Source: Pavona decussata
Lineage: Eukaryota
Assembly: GCA_977016875.1 (NCBI GenBank)
Contig: CDRNST010000128.1
Location: 310,001 to 374,000, forward strand
Direction of reading: 5' to 3'
DNA length: 64,000 nucleotides
Shown here: piece by piece, positions 14,370-25,400 of the stretch
Numbering within the stretch: the first letter of the stretch is position 1
Layout: each line of letters opens with the position of its first letter
Made by a program: the position numbers and the translations under genes
The notes under the pieces: generated by a model
What the model was told of the DNA's origin: nothing
The model's input: only the letters and a program-made list of their open reading frames with translations
Database searches by the model: none

Positions 14370-17150
14370 GCGAATGGTCAGGCTTGTAATTAACTAATAA
14401 CGGTACTAATATATGGTCTTAAAGACGATGAGAACAATAATGATGATGATAAGGATGACGAGAATGATGATTAGAATTTCTATTTATTCCTCAAGCTGAA
14501 CGTGCTGATACTCGTGCGAGTTATCAAGGAAATGGCATCGATGAAACAAGTGAAGGACAACCAGGCAGAACAGATAAGGTAATGGTTCCCACTCACATGC
14601 GTGGCATTATTGTTTACCTAGCCATTTTCGATTTATGACCCACATAAATCAAATGTGTTAAGGGATGGCTTAAATCTGTTTGGAACAAAAGTTTGGACAA
14701 GAAAACTGATGATCGCTGTGAAGCCAAGAGAAACGTGCCGCACATCCTATTTCAAAATTTGCGATTAACTAGTGAGGCCGACTACAAAAAGCTGTATGTT
14801 CGATAAAAAGACTATCACAACCTACATATTGTGTAAAATTACTTTCTTTTGGCAAAATGACGCTAGGAAATTAAATTAAGCCTTTTTGTTTACTAGACTT
14901 GGGATCAGAGCATGTGTGGTGTTGATACCCCTTCTTGGAGTCACGTGGTTATTTGGCCTTCTATCTTCAACTCACAAAGCTTTTGCCTACATTTTCACGA
15001 TCTTCAACTCCACTCAGGTACTTAAATCGTAAGATATCTACGTAAGGTTGCCTTATTGTGTACTGATGTACTGGGTCATTCATCTTGTTTACTTTCATTA
15101 CCTACGCAGGGTTTCTTCATATTTGTCTTCCACTGTGTTAGAAACACTGAGGTAAGAGCGAAAACCATATTAACTGGATCATTGTATAATCCAATTCCAG
15201 GGATTTGATTGGCTTAGCTGCCATGGTATATGAGCCATTATGCCAAATAAATAGCGGCCATTTAATTGTCTTCTGGTTATTCTTACAGAGGGAAATCAGA
15301 TCTAGCAATATTTTTTTATCGTTTCCATTAAAAGAATTATTATTCCACTCACGCTTGTTGGATATAAGATGATTATAGCCTACTATCATCTCATATCCAA
15401 TCCTCATATCCATTGCAGAGTTGACAGCCCGTAATTACGGTTAAGGGTAATTTATTTGGGCCAAGTTTTCAACTAGTACCTCTAGTCTTCTTCATTCCCA
15501 GAATTACAATGCCAGAGAGAAAATAACGGCTCTTAAAAGTTTAAATTTCAATGTAAAAATAAAAATGGACCTTTGTTGTGTCAGCCCTGCTATCAGCTTG
15601 GTTTACTTACACGTTGAGTGACGTCTGGAGTGTGCATTTCTACTACAAGAAATCCGGCAACGAAACGTATTCAGAACAGTTTATTTGTTTATCTTAGAAC
15701 AGTTTATCTTATCTAATCTGATTTTATATAAGCTAAGCCAAGCTCAGCAGCTAATTTAGCCTAATCTATTCTGATATAACCTGAGCTAAGCAGCTTATCT
15801 GCAGTGGAAATAGGCCTATCACCGGAGATGTGCGGATGAGTAAAAAATATACGCAAAGGTGGGGTGCTGTGTGTGCATTTCGAGAGGAAAATATATTTTT
15901 TTTAATTACAGGAAAGTTATGACGAAACTTTCGAATGCCTGCAATAAATTTGTGCACTAACCCAGGTGGAAACGGAGTTTTACAGTTTTATTTGTTCTTG
16001 CTACGATACTGAATGTGTAAATTGTTCGTGTTGGTGCTATTGTCTTGTTTGTCGGCTCTTATGTATTGTGTAATAAGGGGTTGACACTGCTGCCTGGCCA
16101 TATACACTTTGCACATCACCAGGAAGCTTTTCATGTTTTTTTCATGACCATTGGGTTCAATTTGTCTTAAGTGACCTGGTTTATCTAGGAGATAAATTCT
16201 CCCGGACGACTTTGAAAAGTTCAACATCAAAGAAGACAGTAAAATGGACCATCGTATGTCCACGTTATACAAAAATGCTCGATTTGGCCCTTTCAAGGAA
16301 AGAATAAAATGCCCCTAAATAAATTATTGACAATTATTCTACGAGCGCGCGTTGGATATAAGATGATAGATAGCCAATAATAATCTTATATCCAAAAAAC
16401 GTGAGTGTAAAAATCATTTTAAAAAACAATCAAGAAATGTTGCTAGATCTTGCTGATTTCGCTTTGCAAGGAAAACCAGAAAACAATTGATTGATCGCTA
16501 TCATCATCATCATCATCATCATGTCTTTTATTTATTAACGATAACATTTAAAGCAAAATGCTTGTGGGGTCGTGAATATACACAATAAAAATTAACAATT
16601 TTCAATTACAACTGATGTACATAAAATAAAAAATGAACATAGATTGAATAACCTAAGAGTTAGTGATTATCAGAATTTAAAACATAATTTTTCAATTTCT
16701 CGGCCATGGAATACTGGCTCATATACAATGGCCGCTAACTAAAGACAATCAAATTCCTGGGGTTATATTATTCAGTGATTTAGTTTTTAATAGTTCAAGT
16801 GATTTTCAGTTTGTTTATTAACATTTCAATAACATTTTATAATTACCTTGATGGTTGCGTGAGGTTCCAAATGATGATGGAGATAAGGGTGACGATGGTC
16901 TTAGCCTTACTAGAGTCCCATCTTACAGATTGTTTAACGTTTCTAATAGGTTTAATTTCTTCTTCAGATCAGAGAGCGGTTCAGGCGAAAAATCCGCGCG
17001 GTCTTGCCAGCTGTAGGAGATGGAGTAAGCACCATGAAAAAATTCTCTGAACTAAACGATAGCAGCGGAAACGTCTCACTTAGAAAAATCAAAGTGATGC
17101 CAATGAGTATGAACAGCAAGAGTCATGAAAGTTTAGTGAAAGCCTCCTAA
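172..17150 (+). CDS. Adhesion GPCR (GAIN/GPS + secretin-like 7TM; ADGRD/ADGRL-like), 21 exons, ~852 aa
   Basis: Hand-spliced exons: 172-232, 1999-2028, 3136-3537, 4291-4620, 5423-5490, 6110-6160, 7836-8040, 8609-8713, 8991-9078, 9224-9317, 10291-10340, 11138-11285, 11783-11877, 11991-12093, 12719-12869, 13651-13732, 14090-14156, 14496-14578, 14897-15017, 15110-15151, 16968-17150. Phases are all compatible; the total is 2559 nt, open to TAA. Signal peptide MAKMISFRISWGVLFLGFVS. GPS motif CVFWNF...W..QGC...CSCNHL/THFAVLM. TM3 YFLMAAFCWMLIEGIYLY, TM6 LIPLLGVTWLFG, TM7 FNSTQGFFIFVFHC. The N-terminal exons are less certain, and one needs a GC donor. Confidence 0.9.
4771..4970. repeat. Intronic minisatellite, ~48-bp unit, ~4 copies
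   Basis: Unit AAAACAGAAAGAGCTATTCTTACTAGTGATTTGTCTTTGTGATGTAGT repeated head to tail with substitutions. Confidence 0.85.
6205..6805 (-). mobile_element. Truncated Penelope-like retroelement (GIY-YIG endonuclease 3' remnant) with inverted terminal segments and 10-bp TSD
   Basis: Minus-strand frameshifted translation DYVGETSRLLETRVKEH...SAVHEHC...KRRIREATEIK..PSLNRDNG is typical of the PLE GIY-YIG endonuclease. ~70-bp inverted repeats at ~6244-6310 and ~6736-6805. Direct repeat GTATCTGTCA at 6195-6204 and 6806-6815. Confidence 0.8.
6862..7280 (+). mobile_element. Truncated copy of a piggyBac-type non-autonomous element (same family as 9380-9956)
   Basis: Begins TTAACTCTATCTAGGCCGGGG...GATTCTGCCCGCGGCGACTTTGAAC, matching the start of the 9380 copy; shares internal CCAAGATG and ACGGACCTCGAAGGA motifs. 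Confidence 0.6.
9380..9956 (+). mobile_element. piggyBac-type MITE (TTAA target site, CCC..GGG TIRs)
   Basis: TTAA|CCCTATCTAAACCGGG ... CCCGGTCTAGATAGGG|TTGA; related copies at ~6862 and ~49191. Confidence 0.7.
13340..13475. mobile_element. tRNA-derived SINE-like fragment
   Basis: GGATGCTCTACCACTGA is the reverse complement of the A-box region of the 30366 element; shares TGCCTGTGTCGCT-ACTGAATAG with 30466-30488. Confidence 0.5.
14336..14368. repeat. (GAT)n microsatellite
   Basis: Directly visible, in an intron. Confidence 0.9.
15168..15405 (+). repeat. Dispersed repeat, copy A
   Basis: Reverse-complement match to 16322-16500 plus 16690-16790 (e.g. CCAGGGATTTGATTG/CAATCAAATTCCTGG; TTGGATATAAGAT/ATCTTATATCCAA). 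Confidence 0.75.
16322..16790 (-). repeat. Dispersed repeat, copy B (inverted relative to copy A), interrupted by a ~190-bp insertion with a (CAT)n tail at 16501-16690
   Basis: See copy A; the nested segment starts with a (CAT)n tract. Confidence 0.7.
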
Positions 17151-20100
17151 GTGTTAAGGCATGTACACTGCAGAACATTATTTGTACATTTTTCCTAATT
17201 AGTCTCTAGTTTAGTTCTTATTATACACGTACATTTCTATAACGAACCAATTAGTTGCTCATAAATTTCACGTGTTTAGATAAAGCTTACTTAATAACTC
17301 ACATGCACTAGATGCTCTTCAAGGAGGCACGCAGTCTATTACCTATTATCAGTGCCAAGTATATGCACGGGTAATAGGCTGTGCGCATGCGTGAGGGAAC
17401 TCCTGGCGCATGTACAGTGGTTTCTGTAGTCTCTCCTAAGTATATAGTCTACTGACATGAATGGTTAGTGAGATCTCTACTTAGTGATAACTTTAGAACT
17501 GTTACTGTAACCTTATTGGTTACAGTCCCCGTTACTAAATTAGGAAGTTATAGTTATTATTTTGAAGGGCGTTGCATAAACTACCTTTGTTCTGATTGAG
17601 TGTCAATCTAACAGATACCTCACTGGAAACTTATAAAAATTTCCAAAGAGTAAACAATTTTAGCAGCTTTTCCTCTTCACCTATTCAATAAACAATACAG
17701 TGTTTCTCTAAAACCACCATTAGCTGACAGATACGCGCGAAACGTTTCATTGTTATTGTTATTAAAACACACATTTCGTTCCGAAGGCTCATTCGATAGT
17801 TTTAAGAACATCAAATTTCGAAGGGCTTTGTTTGTTTGTCTGTTTATTTGTTCGTGTTGTTTCTGTGGACAAACTGATTATCCAACCAAGTGTGAGCACT
17901 ATCAAGTCACATGATCATTAAAAAAAATCATTTTTAAAGAAAATTAAATTTACTAGTAAATTATAATCACTCACAGAAAATTTCACTTCGTAGTCTAACT
18001 TTTAACTAGCTGTATTGCAGTTGCAAAAAAACGTTTTTATTCAATTCTCATGGAAAGAACATTGCAGGTTTCATTGTCAGATCCCGGGAAAAAAGTATAC
18101 CGAAGCCGAAAATCAAGTGTTTCATGTCTCAAAATACCCCAGGATTCGTGGAGTATTTTGCAGTTTGTGCCAGGGACTTCTTCATACCGCCATTTTGAAT
18201 ATCGCGAAGACTCTGAGGCCGAGTTCGTAGCTGTAGATTCTTTCCTCACCGGAGAATGGTGTGTAAGTTTAAAGTATATTGTTAAAAAATAATCCCCAAT
18301 AAACATTGATGTTGACTGATTTGTTATTATCTGCGTTTTCTATTACGATCCTTGATAAGGTTAATTTTTCTTGTAATTTAAATTAACCAGCAACGCTTAT
18401 CATGTCCATAAGATATGTCCTTTTCCCTTCTTCTTTCTTTTTGCAATTTTGCAGCGAGCTACTAGCGTTCTAAAAGATATCTGGAGACGTCTCTTGAAGT
18501 GATACTTTAAATATCAGAGCGACTTTAAGATGTTGATTGCATCCTTCTAAGTCGAAAGGATGCAGGATAAATATTTTGACTGTCATGAGACCGCGATAGT
18601 CGACTCAACCGTGTCACATACAGCGGAAATAGGATTAAGATTATACCTAGGGAACATAACGGTATGGTTGAAAGAAATAAAAAGCATCAGCTGGAAGAAG
18701 GAAAAAATTAACATGGCCCCTCATTAAAAAGAGTACCTCACAACTGAGAAAAGGAGTAGCGCTGAGTTTGCGCTTCAATATCAATTTAAAAGTACTATCA
18801 ATTGAAGCTAGAATGGACTACAAATTGGTTGGAAAATGGTATCAAAAGGCGCAAAAACAAAAACAGAAAACAAGGTTTACAGTGCAAATTTATTTTCAAT
18901 ACCTTAACAAGTGTCAAAGTGTTTAACAAGCCATAGCTGACCCTGAACTGAACAATCTTCAGAGAAACTCGAATGGGTCACCCTGAATGGACTGGCAAAC
19001 ATTCCGCGCTTTTTTTTCCTCGTTGGTCCATTACAATTTCCAAACGAATTCCAATTCACTAGTTTAAGCTATTTTTTTTGGTGATTCTGTCACCTTCGCG
19101 CAAACTATTTTTTGTGATTCTGTCACGCTAGTCGTTACCCAGCAAAATAGAAAAAAAAAATCAAAATGTCGGGTCCTGTAATAAAACACAGGAGAAATAC
19201 TAGGAAGCTGGAAAGAAAAAAGTGAAATAGCAAAAGAGCAAATCGGTTACATTGAGCAAGTTCATGTTTTCTGTTGTTAAGTCCTGTCAAACTTTCAAGA
19301 TGACATTAATCAGTCTTAGCATATTTTATGCAAAGACGAGGTCCATAATGCTCAGCTAAATTTAAGTTTTGTCTCACCCTTCTCATGCTTCTCTTGGTAT
19401 TTCTCTCGTGTTTATACACGATTTCCCTCTGGTTAGCTATCTCAACAATTGATTGGCTATACTGTTAGGCACTCGCTTGACTCATCAGAGAGACACCAGG
19501 AATCTTTGGGGTAGCTCTTCTTCATTCTTTAAGGGACTGATTTTCCACTGCAATAACTCGACGACAGTTCTACAATTATTCAGTTCCATTCTACGTCTAC
19601 TCTACAAGTAATCTAAGGCTATTCTACTCAATTCTACATCTACTCTACATCTTTACACAAGTATCATTCAAATCACGCCTTACTTTGTAGTGTGCTGTAA
19701 ACATGTTTACGACTGTAATTCAACCAAGGCCAGATGGTCCCAACCAGAGATAAGAATTGGTTTTGCCAAAATACACTAATAGGAAAGAACAACGCAACTG
19801 TTCTAAGAAAATAGATAGAAAGGGAAACCAATCAGGCTGATAAAATCCTTAAGTGTTTTGCCTCGATCTCAACCTTCGAGGAGGCCGAAGCCAAGGTTAA
19901 AGGAAGTAGTCAAACCTGTCCACAGCACAGCTATTAACTCTAATCTTTGAAAAACAGGAAAATGTCAAATAATCTGGAAAATATCCATCAAAACTATCGA
20001 AAGGAAATAACAACTGTATTTTAAAATTAAAGTCGGAAACACACCCTTAAATTAGCTTCACAACAATACTCAAGCCAAATATCAATATTAGGTTACGGCT

Positions 20101-20489
20101 TATGCTCAAAAGATATGGACAAGTATCACCAAAAAATATCAAAACTGAATTAATTAACAAGTGCAATAAAAATGTGCTTTTATCCATGCACAACCACAGG
20201 TAGTCTAAGCTCTATATGCGTTTATAAGACCTTTGTTTGACTTTTGTAACTCCACGTTTTAATTTGAGTGTTACGTAAATTATTAGGGTTTGTATTGGAA
20301 TTTACGAACGTGTTTGGGAGTCGAAAATAAAGAGCAAGAATTGAACAAAAAAAAAATGCCTTATTTTTTCTTTCTTGATACCTTGTCAGTATTTGTAACA
20401 TATTTTGGCCATTTCAGGCAACGACTCGCTGCCAGAACTCACAATTTTTTTTGCTACATATCCTAACCCCCAACCTAAATGCTAACAAT

Positions 20490-20585
20490 TAAGCTAACCG
20501 GGGAGCTATTTAAGCTAACCTGAGTGCTATTTAGGCTAACCGGACTGCTTTTTAGGCTAACCAGAGTGCTATTTAGGATAACCGG
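20490..20585. repeat. 21-bp tandem repeat, ~4.5 copies
   Basis: Unit ~TTTAAGCTAACCGGAGTGCTA. Confidence 0.75.
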
Positions 20586-20633
20586 AAATTCACTTCGTGT
20601 AATTCTTAGTAAATATCCAAGGGCGCTCTGATC

Positions 20634-20898
20634 GATAGACTGTTCACAGTCCCCCTATTTTTCCGTGGGATTCTCGAGACCGGTACGCTTTGATGGAGCT
20701 GCCGCCATCTTGGTTTGTAAAAGCGAGCACGATCTGGGGAGAGTGTCTAAACTACCGAGGGGAAGGGAGCCCCTCGGTTGTTAAGACACTCTCCCAAGAT
20801 CGCGCTCGCTTTTACAAACCAAGATGGCGGCAGTTCCATCGACGCGTACCGGTCTCGAGAATCCCACGGAAAAATAGGGGGACTGTGAACAGTCTATC
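20634..20898. mobile_element. Near-perfect palindromic MITE (~265 bp)
   Basis: GATAGACTGTTCACAGTCCCCCTATTTTTCCGTGGGATTCTCGAGACCGGTACGC... matches ...GCGTACCGGTCTCGAGAATCCCACGGAAAAATAGGGGGACTGTGAACAGTCTATC; arms ~125 bp. Confidence 0.9.
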
Positions 20899-21001
20899 TG
20901 ATTGATCCCTTCCAGTGCTTACCCAAATTACAACGTGACGTTACAAAGGTCAAGAAAAGGTCTAATAAAAGCTTATAGAGCTTGGGCTATATGTGGTAAA
21001 A

Positions 21002-22405
21002 CTACATAAACAAAGCCGCAAGAACGGCAACAAACAAGAAGACATTCAGATGAATGGAAGAGGCGAGGTCTTTGTCGCCATCTCCGCCATCGTCGTCATC
21101 GTCATCCTCTTCAATATCCATAACTGGATCAAATACGATGCTGTTATTAAACCTGGGGCCTTTGAATATGAACCTTTGGTTCTCTCCTTGCTCCATGAGC
21201 TTGGGGTATCCGCTCGGCATTGTTTTGAATGCACCATCAACCTCGGCCTGGATGGGGAATAACAACAAATCCCAACAGCTAAAAGTTAAGAAGTGACACA
21301 ATCACGAACCATTTACCCCACTTTTATTTCCTTCAGAGAATAATTTGCAAATGGAAAGGTCTATCTGTTGGCCCAAGATTTAGTAGTTTTCATTGAGCGA
21401 CTGTGAAATGTGCCACTCATTGTTAAAAGCACTGACATTTTCCTTGTCATTTCATTTTTTGGATTATTGTCACTGCTCCCCTTAAGTATAAGATNNNNNN
21501 NNNNNNNNNNNNNNNNNNNNNNNNNNNNNNNNNNNNNNNNNNNNNNNNNNNNNNNNNNNNNNNNNNNNNNNNNNNNNNNNNNNNNNNNNNNNNNNNNNNN
21601 NNNNNNNNNNNNNNNNNNNNNNNNNNNNNNNNNNNNNNNNNNNNNNNNNNNNNNNNNNNNNNNNNNNNNNNNNNNNNNNNNNNNNNNNNNNNNNNNNNNN
21701 NNNNNNNNNNNNNNNNNNNNNNNNNNNNNNNNNNNNNNNNNNNNNNNNNNNNNNNNNNNNNNNNNNNNNNNNNNNNNNNNNNNNNNNNNNNNNNNNNNNN
21801 NNNNNNNNNNNNNNNNNNNCCCGTATCTGCACCTTGGATCTAGTGTATTTCTTTTATGACATACCTGGCTAGCAACACCAACATCATTGTTGCCAAACCG
21901 ATACATTGTGACGCACTTTTTGCTCTTAACGCAGCGGAGACGAAACCTTTTCTCATTGGGTTGAGGAGGACCCTCTCTTTTCTTTTTGTCGTCATCGCTT
22001 TCTTTTTGACCTTTCTCTCCTTTTCGGGTTTTTATTACGATAGCAGCCTCAAAATACTCTCCATCCTCGTTCTTTTTGCAGAGAGAATCATTTCTTCGTC
22101 CATCGCAAAAGGGAAAGTTTTTAACCTGAATCAACAAAACAAACAATTAGAATATAATGTTGGCAATTGACCAAGTATTTCGAACGCTCAAGAATCGGAC
22201 AGAAACAAGGGTAGCTTCGGAAGGACTAGAAATAAAGAGCCACAGGAAAAACAAAACCGACGGTAAGATGGATGGTAAGTGTCTCTATATATTTTAAATT
22301 TTTAGTCGGAACAAATTTAAATAATAATAATAATAATAATCTTTATTGAGGAAATCAATGTCACTAATAAGTGATTTACAAAAGAGTCCTCGAAAATTAA
22401 AAAGA

Positions 22406-22446
<41 letters not shown>

Positions 22447-25400
22447 TTGAGTAGGTTGAGTACTCGAGCCTCCTGTTTCAAGGGCCTGCATGGGGTGATG
22501 GATTCTAAGCTATCATGCAGTTAACATTTAAGCGATCAGTTTATCAGGATGTATCTCACTCAACTTTTGTTCTCACGTGTTTTTCTGCGGTATTGAATCC
22601 TATCACCAGTGTCCCTCTCTTTAGCCGAAAATTGTAAAGTATCATCCGAAGATTTCCCGTTGACCTTTTGAGTGATTACGAATATTGCTTGTCACCTTCC
22701 GACGACCTCATGATTTCTAGAAACATCTTGTGAGGAGCTCCGCGCCATCTCCCTCAGCAATTTATTTTTACACAGTTAATGGCAAGCTATTTGCATGTAA
22801 AATTCGCACTATCTATACTCACTGACAGCCAAAGTTTAGACTTATCAGCTAACAATTTTCTTTACGTTTCTCGGTTATCAATAATAAAAAATGCCATTTC
22901 TTGGCAAACAGTTAACATTTTGGCCAATTTTCAGCTATCAGTGAATCTCATATAGACCAGCTGTTCTTGACATTATAGCTCATGGTTGAACGTCACTATG
23001 TTCAAGGCAAAATTTTAGCAAATGCCTAATCCAAAGTCTTGAATTGAAATAACGAAGAAAATAATTAGGAACTTGTTGTCAATCCAAGAGCTTCATATTA
23101 TTTTCGTTATTTGTGGCCAAAGCTGGAAAAAGTATATTTCACAAAGGCCTACGTTGAACGTTCATTATTTGCTTCGTCATGTAACCTTAACCGTTTTTTT
23201 TTTTTTTCGAAAGGGCCAAAGACATGTCTATGGAAGAATATTTTTTCATATTGAAGCAGGTGAAACTCGGTAAACCAACCTTAATGAAGAATTTTATGGT
23301 TCCGTTTTGCGCTGTAAAAGAGTCATCCCCGAATGTGAGATTTCCTTCTTCTTTGAAGATGAAAATCCTGAGACTGATGCTAGCATTATGATCTGTTAAG
23401 TGGGCCATCAACTTTATAGTTGCAGCCTTTACACCTAGAAACCAGAAAAAAAAGAAAAGAAAGATATATATTCAAGAAAGAAGGGGAGAGACAGACAAAG
23501 GAGAGAGGAAAAGATTGAAAGTAATTGAAGGAAAGTGAAAAGGAGGAAAAATAACTGATAAAGGAGAAAAGGTTACATGCAAAATTAATTGTTTATCGCG
23601 GCGTTTAGGCTGAGTCGGTCTGGTTCTGTATATCTTACAACCCATCCGATTTAAACTGCGCTAAACCAATTTTTAAGCCTTTAAATGTGGGGTAAATCGA
23701 GAGAAAATCACCCTCCACCCTCCACCTTTTGCCTTTCGCTTTCTGTCCGTCCAGTAGACATTAGGAAATTTTTTGTCTTCTTCCAAGGACCCAAGTTTTA
23801 TAATTCGCTTGACATCGTCAACTCAAGTTCTATTGCTTCTTTTAAGAGATCTCTTAAGAGCAAAATTATAAATCACTATGAATAATATCAAATCTTCTAG
23901 GTAAAGTAAAGACCCTAGCCTTCTCCCAAGTCTCCCTTAATTAGCTGGCGTGCAGTCAAATGTGACGAAACAGTTACGCTGATCGGGAATACTTCTTTCC
24001 TAAGCCTCCCGCATAAAGCTCGTCTCATTTGATGAGCGCGAGGAGGTGTAGCAACGAAACTGAAAAAAACGAAAAACCCGGAGAACCGGAGCAACATCAA
24101 CTGCTCTGATCAAAAGCAAAACTTACCTTGTAACTCAGCACTCTTGTTAAATGGAGAGGCGCTGAACACTTGATTGCCAAACGATTGCAAGGGTCTGCCA
24201 ACATCTTTTCCCCGCCCGTCTGTCTGGCCCAGTTTATACAGTCCGATTCTGAAGCCGCCCTTACTCAGATCTCTCTTCTTACCACTTTTTCCTAATCGCC
24301 CGAAAGTAATTTCGACTTTCTTCTTATTTATTCTGAAGTAAATTTTATCCTGCTCGTGATCTTCTTCGTCCTGAGCAGCAGCAAAACCTGTGGATGAATG
24401 AACTGATAAGTTTATGATCATGATTGCCCTGGGGCGAAACATCCCTGTCTTGAAATCAGGAATTTTACTCTTTGAACATTGAAAAAAAAGTAAAAAAAAA
24501 AACAAGAACCAAAAGAAAAAAAGGTAGAGCCAAAGGATGGAAGCTGCGACCAATGTCAGGAAGTGAAGATTATTAATAGATAATATATAATAAGCTATAT
24601 AGGGCAGGGAAGGCAACATTCGATTTTTCTTGAGAACTGATCATCACAGGATTTCTTGAAGATGGCCGGTCGCTTAAAATAAATTAATATGGCAGGGATC
24701 GATTATGGCTGAGGAATGATTCAGACTGGATGTCATGAAGATGTGGAAGAGGGGAGGGAGTCTCAAAAGTGATTTTGAATACAGGGTTTGTCTAAGAACT
24801 GACTCAAATGGATTACATGCATGAAGGTGATCTCTTAACAGGGATAGTCCCTTTCAAGCTGATACCGGGGCTGCATGGCTTTGGTTCACGAAAAATAAAG
24901 AAAAGAGCTTCTCTTGCTCAATTACACCTTGGCTCCTTGCTGTCTTATTTTTGAATTTGCATATCTCAATAGCTGATGTTAACGTGGGGTTGATAGGACG
25001 GCTTCACGGATCCCAGGCGCGAATTTCAAGAACTGTACTATAAAGTCTCCTTATGTACACGCACCCCCTTTGAACTTCTAGACCCTTCATTTCTAGTTTC
25101 TCGTCAGTCACCTTCTGGCTCGTAGTCATATAAACTACAGCTCGAGGGCAGGCTATGTTTTACCAAGGCCCCTTCTTTTATTACCGCGCATACGTTCTGT
25201 GCACCTCGGGATGGTCCCAGAACGTTTTCGCGCGTTTTATAACTATGCAGGAAAAGCAGATCTCAGCTAGGGTTATTGGAACCCAAAAAGAAAATTGGGG
25301 GTAACAGACAAAATTGTCCGTTATGAGAAAGGCTAATTTACGCGCGCTAATTAATCCCGGCGATTTGGCCCAAATATTAACAAAAAATCTGTGTGAATTT

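Noticed and set aside
21361-21859. ORFs spanning N runs (also 5922-6116 and 12887-13339)
   Set aside because: Artefacts of assembly gaps; real exon borders lie outside the gaps
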